The notes under the pieces are model-generated. The model was not told the origin of the DNA and did no database searches. It was given only the letters and a program-made list of their open reading frames with translations. Shown here piece by piece: positions 56,490-64,000 of a stretch of DNA of 64,000 bases. This DNA is from Vicinamibacterales bacterium. Lineage in GTDB: Bacteria; Acidobacteriota; Vicinamibacteria; Vicinamibacterales; G965249535. The position numbers and the translations under genes were made by a program. Position 1 is the stretch's first letter. Every line of letters starts with the position of its first letter. The stretch covers positions 1,020,730 to 1,084,729 of the forward strand of contig OZ252241.1 in the NCBI GenBank assembly GCA_965249535.1, given 5' to 3'.

Positions 56490-57265
56490 AGAAAACGGGA
56501 CTTGTGTCAATCATCGGAGCAGGTCCCGGAGATCCGGAACTACTAACTCAGAAGGCCGTTCGTCGCTTGAATCAGGCGGACTTTGTCTTGCATGATGCCC
56601 TGATTCCTCAGGAAATACTTGATCTCGCTCCACAGGCACGACGCTTCTTGGTGGGTCGCCGAGTCGGCCAACCACGACCCAGCCACGAAACTGTTAATCA
56701 ACTCCTTATCCATGCTGCGACGTGGGGCAAGCGGTTAGTGAGACTCAAGGGTGGCGATCCATTCGTTCTTGGACGTGGAGGTGAGGAATTGCAGTTCCTC
56801 AGAAAGATGGGGATTCCTTTCGAAGTTATCCCCGGAATCAGTTCCGCGATCGCAGCGCCGGCATTTGCTGGGATTCCGGTCACTCATCGCGGACTTGCTT
56901 CAGGTTTTACGGTAGTATCCGGTCATGCTGAGTCGGCGTATCTCCAAATTCTCAAAGCAATTGTCCCAAATTCATTAACTCTGATTGTTCTAATGGGCAT
57001 CAAACGCAGAGCTGAACTAGTGAGCGTCCTATTAGCTCAGGGGTGGAAACAAGTGACGCCAACCGCGGTCGTATTCGGAGCCTGCACACCACAGGGCCAC
57101 ACATGGATAGGAACTCTAGAGAACCTCGGTATGGCTCCATGCGAATCGTTCCCTGATATTCCAGGAACGATTATCGTCGGTGACGTTGTTTCCCTGAGTC
57201 CGATCGCTAAAGGAGACACAGGCGAACTTACTCCTTTGCTAGCTACAGCTAGTCGTGGACATTAA
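56486..57265 (+). CDS. cobA: Uroporphyrinogen-III C-methyltransferase (SUMT)
   Basis: 259 aa with an ATGA overlap. VSIIGAGPGDPELLT, VRLKGGDPFVLGRGGEE and IPGISSAIAAPAFAGIPVTHR. Confidence 0.9.
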   Translation: MKKTGLVSIIGAGPGDPELLTQKAVRRLNQADFVLHDALIPQEILDLAPQARRFLVGRRVGQPRPSHETVNQLLIHAATWGKRLVRLKGGDPFVLGRGGEELQFLRKMGIPFEVIPGISSAIAAPAFAGIPVTHRGLASGFTVVSGHAESAYLQILKAIVPNSLTLIVLMGIKRRAELVSVLLAQGWKQVTPTAVVFGACTPQGHTWIGTLENLGMAPCESFPDIPGTIIVGDVVSLSPIAKGDTGELTPLLATASRGH

Positions 57266-59561
57266 ATTGCCCGGAGGTATGATGACGCTGACCCAGCATC
57301 TAACGTGGAAAGAAAGACTGGCCGACAAGATCGATCCTACTCTGGCAAGAGAAATCGAAGTCTATGAAAGCCAGATAGCACTGAAGCGTAAAGGCAAGCT
57401 CGACGACAAAGTGTTTGCGGAGACGCGGCTCCGTCGAGGTGTATATGGCCAACGATACGACAGTGGCCAGCGAAACGATGGAAAGGGTGTTCAGCAACTT
57501 GAATATCCATCAGAAGAACTGACCAAAGGCCCAGAAACACTGTGGGACGCACCAGGTATGCAGCGGATCAAGATTCCATTCGGAGGTTTGAATCCAAAAC
57601 AAATGGACTTACTAGCTGACCTGGCTGAGGAATATTCAGACGAAGTGTGCCACGTGACTACGCGCCAAGATGTCCAACTCCATTATATACATATTGACGA
57701 CACACCGTCCTTAATGCGACGTCTAGCTGCTACTGGAATAACCACCCGTGAGGCATGTGGTAACTCCGTCCGTAACGTTACTGCGTGTCCATTGGCAGGC
57801 GTGTGTCGTGATGAACCTTTCGACGTTACACCTTATGCGCAGGCGTGCTCGAGATTTCTACTCGGACATCCAGACTGCCAGGATTTTGGTCGAAAGTTCA
57901 AGATGGCATTTTCTGGGTGTAAGCAGCATGCCTGTGGATTGGTCAACATGCACGACTTCGGAGCCATCGCGGTCAAGAAGTTTAAAAACGGTGTCGAACG
58001 GAGGGGCTTCGAACTGCACGTTGGAGGCGGCCTTGGAGCCGTACCGCATGAGGCAAAGCTGTTCGATGCCTTTCTAGCAGAAGAGGAATTATTGCCGACA
58101 GCGCAGGCAATTGCTCGTGTTTTTGCACGACTTGGCGAGAAACGTAACAGAGCTCGTGCGCGTATTAAGTTCTTAGTTAACCGACTAGGTATTGATGAAT
58201 TCCGCCGAGTCGTTTTAGAAGAGCGAGCAAAGTTACCACACGACGAACAGTGGACAACCTACCTGTCTGGACTAGCTAAATACAGTGAAAAACCTCTCAG
58301 ACTCGACTCACCCTTAAACGGAAAAGAAAGGCCAAACGGTTTCGATGAGTGGTGTACAACGAACGTTTACCGGCAGCGCCAATCTGGCTATAGCGTTGTG
58401 GACGTGACATTGCCGCTCGGAGATCTAACCTCACGACAGATGCGAAAACTTGCTGATATTGCACGTCGCTACGTCGGAGATTCTGTGCGCACAACGGTTG
58501 AACAAAACATCGCGCTACGGTGGGTACGCGACAGCGATCTACCCGATGTTTATAATGAACTAAAAACCATCGGTCTTAGTCAGTCAGGTGCCAAGACGAT
58601 TGTTGATATCACAGCATGTCCAGGAACAGATACCTGCAAACTGGGTATCGCTTCATCACGTGGGTTAGCAGCAGAACTCCGAATGCGTCTGATGGCAAAG
58701 TCGGTTGACCTGGACGAAGCCGTTCGAGCACTTCACATTAAGATCAGCGGCTGCATGAACTCCTGTGGACACCATCATATCGCGGATATTGGTTTCTACG
58801 GTGTTAGTAGAAACATTGGAGGTTATACCGTACCCCACTTCCAACTTGTACTTGGTGGAAAATGGACAGAAAACGCAGGCTCGTATGGTTTAGCTATCGG
58901 TGCAATCCCATCTAAAAATATCCCTGATGCTGTTTCACGCCTCACCCATCGATTTGTCAGTGACAGACGCCAAGGGGAAACATTTCAGAATTTCATCCAA
59001 CGGCTCGGTAGAAAGGCGTTGAAAGAATTGGTCGATGATCTAACTAGGGTGCCCACTTACGAGGACGACCGTAGCCACTACTCGGATTGGGGAGATCCTC
59101 GTGAGTTCACTATCGGCGATATGGGCATAGGCGAATGTGCCGGTGAGGTGGTGTCACTTGCAGACTTCGACATCGCTGCTGCCGAAGGTCAGGTATTTGA
59201 AGCACAACTTCACCTCGAGGACGGAAACTATCAGAAAGCAGATGAAATGTCTTTCGGTGCCATGCTGTTGGCCGCGAGGGGCCTTATCAAGACAGAGTAT
59301 GTAGACATCAGCGACGACCCCAACCAAATCGTCGAGTTATTCAAGGAGCGCTTTTATAACACTCAACTCTTCTTCGACAAGTATGCTGGCGGTAAGTTTG
59401 CCCAGTACCTCTTTCGTAGACACGCAGCCGAACATCCGTCCAAAACCCAAGAGACGTCACGCCGTCTAATAGAAGAAGCGCAACTGTTTCTCGAGGCGAC
59501 GCACGCCTGTCACACTCGTTTACTAGCCCAGCGAATGGACAAAACAGCAACCCGTCAGTAG
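57255..59561 (+). CDS. sir: Ferredoxin-type assimilatory sulfite reductase with a C-terminal extension of about 200 aa
   Basis: 768 aa (alternative ATGs at 57279 and 57282, after GGAGG). Two NiR/SiR repeats. Sirohaem-4Fe4S ligands TACPGTDTCKLG and SGCMNSCGHHH. Residues from about 560 onward lie beyond the usual SiR core. Confidence 0.8.
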   Translation: MDIKLPGGMMTLTQHLTWKERLADKIDPTLAREIEVYESQIALKRKGKLDDKVFAETRLRRGVYGQRYDSGQRNDGKGVQQLEYPSEELTKGPETLWDAPGMQRIKIPFGGLNPKQMDLLADLAEEYSDEVCHVTTRQDVQLHYIHIDDTPSLMRRLAATGITTREACGNSVRNVTACPLAGVCRDEPFDVTPYAQACSRFLLGHPDCQDFGRKFKMAFSGCKQHACGLVNMHDFGAIAVKKFKNGVERRGFELHVGGGLGAVPHEAKLFDAFLAEEELLPTAQAIARVFARLGEKRNRARARIKFLVNRLGIDEFRRVVLEERAKLPHDEQWTTYLSGLAKYSEKPLRLDSPLNGKERPNGFDEWCTTNVYRQRQSGYSVVDVTLPLGDLTSRQMRKLADIARRYVGDSVRTTVEQNIALRWVRDSDLPDVYNELKTIGLSQSGAKTIVDITACPGTDTCKLGIASSRGLAAELRMRLMAKSVDLDEAVRALHIKISGCMNSCGHHHIADIGFYGVSRNIGGYTVPHFQLVLGGKWTENAGSYGLAIGAIPSKNIPDAVSRLTHRFVSDRRQGETFQNFIQRLGRKALKELVDDLTRVPTYEDDRSHYSDWGDPREFTIGDMGIGECAGEVVSLADFDIAAAEGQVFEAQLHLEDGNYQKADEMSFGAMLLAARGLIKTEYVDISDDPNQIVELFKERFYNTQLFFDKYAGGKFAQYLFRRHAAEHPSKTQETSRRLIEEAQLFLEATHACHTRLLAQRMDKTATRQ

Positions 59562-59678
59562 CGTGAACACAAATGTACTTCAGTTCAACCGCACGGTGTG
59601 GGGGACTCGTAATGTTCCTAAACTTCCGCACAATAATTCCATACCAAGCTCGTAGTCTGACATGCCTCTAGCTGAAAA

Positions 59679-60305
59679 ATGCCAACTAGGAGGAACTCTT
59701 CTGTGAAAAACGCCATCGATGAAATTCAACGGATCAAACTCAAGCTCTTTATTGAAGATAGCAGAGGCTCGAACTCACCACAACCAAGAGATTTCATCCC
59801 AATCTTCCATGAATGGATACAAAAAAGTGCTGTTAATGGTGTACTGATCGACATCGCGAATTATGATCACCTCCCCGATGGACCAGGAGTAATGCTTATC
59901 ACTCACGAAGGTAACTACTGTATCGAACGCCGGAATGGCTGTTTAGGCTTACAGTATTCCCGTAAGTATCCAATCGAAGCACCTCTACCTCAACGTTTGA
60001 CGGCTATATGGCGGATCTTACTGAAGGCCGCTCAGCTCTTAAAAGAGGAACCACAGCTCAGTGGGCGCGTCGAATTTCGTGGCGATGAGATTCAGATCAT
60101 AGCAAATGACCGACTCCTCGCGCCCAATACAGAAGTCTCACTAACGAACTTACAGCCGGTGCTAACCGAGTTTCTCAATAAGCTTTACGGACCCAGCCAT
60201 TATCAAATCTTTCGTGATGCAGATCCACGGGAACTCCTGACTCTGACGGTCAAGAGCCTTCAACCCGTACCCTTCCAAACACTCCTTGACCGTACCTGCG
60301 CCTGA
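59679..60305 (+). CDS. Hypothetical protein, family not recognised
   Basis: 208-aa ORF. An AGGAGG followed 8 nt later by GTG 59703 suggests a slightly shorter product. No hydrophobic segments. Confidence 0.45.
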   Translation: MPTRRNSSVKNAIDEIQRIKLKLFIEDSRGSNSPQPRDFIPIFHEWIQKSAVNGVLIDIANYDHLPDGPGVMLITHEGNYCIERRNGCLGLQYSRKYPIEAPLPQRLTAIWRILLKAAQLLKEEPQLSGRVEFRGDEIQIIANDRLLAPNTEVSLTNLQPVLTEFLNKLYGPSHYQIFRDADPRELLTLTVKSLQPVPFQTLLDRTCA

Positions 60306-60381
60306 TATCCACCAGATAGACCAACTAATGGCCCTGTATTCGTTAAATTCATAGCATTAATATATTTAATTATAGTTTTTA

Positions 60382-61329
60382 TTGCCATTAGGGAATATTG
60401 TGCTAGAGTGTGCCGTGCATTTTGAAGCATTAAAAATCTTCTGTGATGTGATTCGCCATCAAAGTTTCTCACGTGGCGCCTCAGCGAATGCAATAAGCCA
60501 ATCAGCAGCGAGCCAGGCTATTCGCCAGCTTGAGACACGCTTAGGTGCCGACCTGATTGATCGTTCAAAGCGACCTTGTCAGCTCACTGAAGAGGGTCAA
60601 CTCTTCTTTGAGGGCTGCCAGGACATAATCGCGCGGTTCCAGGAACTGGAAAATAACGTCCGTCAGCGAATGTCACCAACTGGTTTTACTGTTCGTGTGG
60701 CGGCGATATATTCGATTGGTTTGCATGATATGGGCCAATATGTTGATCGCTTTCGGGCTTCCGTCCCAGGAGTGGATGTAGAACTGGAATACATGCACCC
60801 TAATCAAGTTTACGAACATGTACTAACTGACCAAACTCATTTTGGATTAATTTCGTTTGCTAATCCTGGACGTAAGTTAACAGCAATACCTTGGCGAACC
60901 GAACCGATGGTGGTCGCTTGTCTACCTAACCACCATTTAATCAAAAACAGAGAAGACAAAGAAAAAGGAATCGATCCCGCTTTGTTGAACGGTGAATATT
61001 TCGTCAGCTTTGACCGTGGATTAACAATTCGCCGCGAAACGGATCGCTTTTTGCGTCAGCACGATATTGACGTCGAGATTGTCGCCGAGTTTGACAATAT
61101 CGAAACGATTAAGCAAGCCGTTGAAGAAGGTACTGGCATTGCATTACTACCAGAACCCACGCTACGACGAGAAATTGTGCGTCGTACTCTGCTTTCCCTC
61201 CCCTTAACAGCATCATCTAGGAATGGACAATTCGTTCGTCCCCTGAGCATTATCCGTCGACGAGGACGGCGACTCAATATGGCAGTGAACGAATTCATTA
61301 AGCTTCTCTGCCAGGGAAACATCTCATGA
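60382..61329 (+). CDS. LysR-family transcriptional regulator
   Basis: 315 aa. N-terminal wHTH FEALKIFCDVIRHQSFSRGASANAISQSAASQAIRQLE, then a periplasmic-binding-protein-like effector domain. Confidence 0.85.
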   Translation: MPLGNIVLECAVHFEALKIFCDVIRHQSFSRGASANAISQSAASQAIRQLETRLGADLIDRSKRPCQLTEEGQLFFEGCQDIIARFQELENNVRQRMSPTGFTVRVAAIYSIGLHDMGQYVDRFRASVPGVDVELEYMHPNQVYEHVLTDQTHFGLISFANPGRKLTAIPWRTEPMVVACLPNHHLIKNREDKEKGIDPALLNGEYFVSFDRGLTIRRETDRFLRQHDIDVEIVAEFDNIETIKQAVEEGTGIALLPEPTLRREIVRRTLLSLPLTASSRNGQFVRPLSIIRRRGRRLNMAVNEFIKLLCQGNIS

Positions 61330-61458
61330 GGAAATTTCTGAATCGATGACCAAAGTGGAAAAGAGAAGCACAGTGATAAAGACAATGTGCGTATCGAACT
61401 TATTGCACACCATCAACAATAATTCTTTACCTGACTAAACAAAGTAGCCCAGAACACC

Positions 61459-64000
61459 ATGAGCAACGCGAGCACCCATTCAACCTCGAGACAGCTTCCT
61501 CTCAAACCACAAGGTTTGTACGACCCACGGTTTGAGCACGATGCTTGTGGCGTTGGGTTTGTAGTGAATATTAAGGGAAAGAAATCTCATCAGCTTGTCC
61601 GGCAGGCGTTTGAGGTAGTGGTCAACCTACTCCATCGCGGCGCCTGTGGTTGCGAACCCAATACAGGTGACGGAGCTGGCATGCTCATTCAGATTCCAGA
61701 CAAGTTCTTCCGGAAGATTACAGAACCTCTGGGGATCTCTCTTCCCAAAGTCGGCGAGTACGGTGTGGGAACAGTCTTTCTGCCACGCGACATGAATCAG
61801 TGTAAAGAAATTAAGTCTTTATTTGAACGACTCGTAACTGAAGAAGGTTGCCTGGTACTCGGTTGGCGAGACTTACCGACCAACGATAGCCTACTCGGAA
61901 ATACGGCGCGTACTTGCGAACCTCTGTTCAAACAAATCTTTGTCTGTCAAGAACAGCAAGTGAATAGCGTCCCCCCCCGGACGCTAAAACAGCATAGCGG
62001 GCAGCAAGTTGCCCAGACCTATTTTGAACGAAAGTTATATGTGATTCGTAAGCGCATGGAACACGCTGTCGACAGATCATCCCTTTCCGAGAAGCGGTCT
62101 TTCTACGTTCCCAGTCTTTCCTCAAATACCCTGATCTACAAAGGCATGCTGATCGCGGATCAAATGGAGACTATGTTTCCGGATCTGGCCGATCCAGACG
62201 TGGAATCTGCGCTTGCCTTGGTCCATCAACGTTTCAGTACAAACACGTTCCCATCATGGCCACTGGCTCACCCTTATCGTTACATAGCGCATAACGGTGA
62301 GATCAATACGCTCCGCAGCAACATCAACTGGATGCATGCACGTGAAGCAATGTGCCAATCCAGTATCCTTGGTGATGACCTATCTAAGATCCTGCCAATC
62401 GTCCGCGAAGGTGGAAGTGACACCGCGACCTTCGACAACGTACTTGAATTCCTCGTAATGGCAGGTCGTTCACTACCCCACGCAGTCCTGATGATGATTC
62501 CTGAACCCTGGAGTAAACACGAGGCAATGAGCGCCGAGCGTAAGGCTTTCTACGAATACCACAGCTGTCTGATGGAACCGTGGGACGGCCCGGCTTCGAT
62601 TGCTTTTACTGACGGCACAATGATTGGGGCCGTACTTGACCGGAATGGACTTCGTCCATCGCGCTATTACGTGACCAAAGATGACCTCGTGATAATGGCA
62701 TCGGAGGTGGGCATCCTAGATATTCCACCAGAAAACATCCTGCTCAAAGAGCGCCTCCATCCAGGTCGAATCTTTCTTGTTGACACCTCACAGGGACGAA
62801 TCATCGACGATGAAGAAATCAAACGGAACCTTACGGAAGAACACCCCTATGGCGAATGGCTTAAAAAACATCTCCTTAAGCTAGTAGACCTCCCGACCGT
62901 GACCAGTCACACCTCACCGGATCACGAGACTATTTTAAGGCGACAGAAAATCTTCGGTTACACGGAAGAGGATCTGCGGTTATTGATCGGCCCCTCGACT
63001 CTTGACGGTCAAGAACCGATTGGATCGATGGGGACTGATACCGCTCTGGCGATTCTGTCAGATCGACCTCGACTGCTTTACGACTACTTCAAGCAGCTAT
63101 TCGCACAAGTAACGAATCCACCTCTCGATTCAATTAGAGAACAACTCGTTACATCTATGGAGTCAACAATAGGTTCAGAGAAAAATTTACTCGAGCCTGA
63201 AATAGAATCTTGCCATCAAATTAAAATTACTCACCCGATCCTCGACAACGACGAACTTGCCACGCTTCGAAACATCAAAGACTCAACATTCCGTTCTGTC
63301 ACGTTGCCGATGTTGTACTCACTAAGCGATGGCGACGAAGGCCTTAAACGTGCAATGGACCAACTATGCCATCAAGCTAGCCAAGCAATCGTTGACGGAT
63401 TCACGATGATTATTCTCTCTGATCGGGATGTTGATCGCACGAATGCACCCATTCCCAGTCTCCTGGCAACCGCTGGGGTTCACCACCACTTAGTACGTGA
63501 AGGCACACGGACAAAATGTGGACTTTTAGTGGAATCCGGTGAAGCACGTGAAGTCCACCACATGGCACTACTGATCGGATACGGAGCCGGTGCAATCAAT
63601 CCCTACCTAACCTTCGAGACTATGGATGACATGATCCAACAGGGTCAACTCACAAACATCGATTACCGTACAGCGGTTAAGAACTACGTCCAGGCAATGA
63701 CTAAAGGTATCTTAAAAGTCATGTCAAAAATGGGGATTTCTACGCTACAAAGTTACCGCGGAGCGCAGATCTTCGAAGCAATTGGTCTCAGTCAGCCATT
63801 TGTCGATCGCTATTTCACCTGGACCGCGTCGAGAATTGGTGGAATTGGAATCGAAATGATCGAGGCAGAAGTGAGGCGGCGACACAAGAAAGCCTTTCCA
63901 GAACGGCCAATAAACGACTCCAAGTTGGACGCCGGTGGTGAATACCAGTGGCGCCGTGACGGCGAATACCACTTATTCAACCCAGAAACTGTGTTTAAAC
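61459..64000 (+). CDS. gltB: Glutamate synthase large subunit (GltB), N-terminal about 847 codons; continues past window end
   Basis: Not in the track because it runs off the edge. My translation from ATG 61459 gives MSNASTHS...LYDPRFEHDACGVGFVVNIKG (Ntn Cys), FERKLYVIRKR and VHQRFSTNTFPSWPLAHPYR. The frame stays open to 64000. Confidence 0.9.
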   Translation, partial: MSNASTHSTSRQLPLKPQGLYDPRFEHDACGVGFVVNIKGKKSHQLVRQAFEVVVNLLHRGACGCEPNTGDGAGMLIQIPDKFFRKITEPLGISLPKVGEYGVGTVFLPRDMNQCKEIKSLFERLVTEEGCLVLGWRDLPTNDSLLGNTARTCEPLFKQIFVCQEQQVNSVPPRTLKQHSGQQVAQTYFERKLYVIRKRMEHAVDRSSLSEKRSFYVPSLSSNTLIYKGMLIADQMETMFPDLADPDVESALALVHQRFSTNTFPSWPLAHPYRYIAHNGEINTLRSNINWMHAREAMCQSSILGDDLSKILPIVREGGSDTATFDNVLEFLVMAGRSLPHAVLMMIPEPWSKHEAMSAERKAFYEYHSCLMEPWDGPASIAFTDGTMIGAVLDRNGLRPSRYYVTKDDLVIMASEVGILDIPPENILLKERLHPGRIFLVDTSQGRIIDDEEIKRNLTEEHPYGEWLKKHLLKLVDLPTVTSHTSPDHETILRRQKIFGYTEEDLRLLIGPSTLDGQEPIGSMGTDTALAILSDRPRLLYDYFKQLFAQVTNPPLDSIREQLVTSMESTIGSEKNLLEPEIESCHQIKITHPILDNDELATLRNIKDSTFRSVTLPMLYSLSDGDEGLKRAMDQLCHQASQAIVDGFTMIILSDRDVDRTNAPIPSLLATAGVHHHLVREGTRTKCGLLVESGEAREVHHMALLIGYGAGAINPYLTFETMDDMIQQGQLTNIDYRTAVKNYVQAMTKGILKVMSKMGISTLQSYRGAQIFEAIGLSQPFVDRYFTWTASRIGGIGIEMIEAEVRRRHKKAFPERPINDSKLDAGGEYQWRRDGEYHLFNPETVFK

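Noticed and set aside
1-64000. Mobile elements, CRISPR arrays, tRNA/rRNA genes and defence systems
   Set aside because: I looked through all intergenic gaps and the ORF translations. I saw no transposase, integrase or recombinase motifs, no regularly spaced repeats, no cloverleaf-like tRNA sequences and no recognisable defence-gene signatures. A by-eye scan cannot exclude small ncRNAs.

Overview
This is a 64-kb chromosomal segment from a Gram-negative heterotroph. Gene content hints at an uncultured or marine Acidobacteriota- or Planctomycetota-like lineage: a CarboxypepD_reg-type TonB receptor, a Pirellula/Verrucomicrobium-type haem domain and many PQQ beta-propellers. That placement is inference only.

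I support about 47 protein genes. By eye I found no rRNA, tRNA, CRISPR array, transposase or integrase.

Gene blocks, in order:
- 1-2.1 kb: a partial trans-sulfuration PLP enzyme and a MATE exporter.
- 2.6-7.3 kb: a type IIA topoisomerase A/B pair.
- 7.4-12.2 kb: a TonB-dependent receptor and a BamB-like propeller.
- 12.5-20.2 kb: a TAXI-TRAP transporter followed by an M20 homologue, an amidase and a cyclase.
- 20.4-22.8 kb: a dihaem cytochrome c and a PQQ dehydrogenase.
- 23.0-27.9 kb: a cluster with mgsABC-gmaS/glxBCD-glnT architecture, plus RidA.
- 28.0-34.2 kb: three serine peptidases (S9, S9, S15).
- 34.5-36.4 kb: a frame-disrupted cytochrome c/PQQ quinohaemoprotein.
- 36.6-40.7 kb: a giant FtsX permease with its ABC ATPase.
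- 40.9-44.4 kb: an ALDH-like protein, a DUF4399 lipoprotein, a truncated PaaK/LuxE-like adenylating enzyme and PCD.
- 44.6-64 kb: a sulfur region (BASS, DUF4202, Sat-CysC, sulfotransferase, two AP-superfamily paralogues, DUF2061-cysH-sirC-cobA-sir), then a LysR regulator and the 5' part of gltB.

The most interesting signal is a promoter, a 32-codon poly-cysteine leader ORF (CSCCCC) and a strong intrinsic terminator immediately upstream of the sulfate-assimilation operon. It is absent from the ORF track and looks like a candidate cysteine-sensing attenuator.

Other notable points:
- a homopolymer frameshift splits the quinohaemoprotein;
- the TRAP permease conserved N-terminus has no canonical start codon (CTG with a perfect SD is the candidate);
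- an IscS/NifS 3' relic lies downstream of the BamB-like gene;
- the M20 homologue has substituted metal ligands;
- the PQQ dehydrogenase lacks the vicinal Cys pair.

All calls rest on motif recognition by eye. No searches or folding programs were run.
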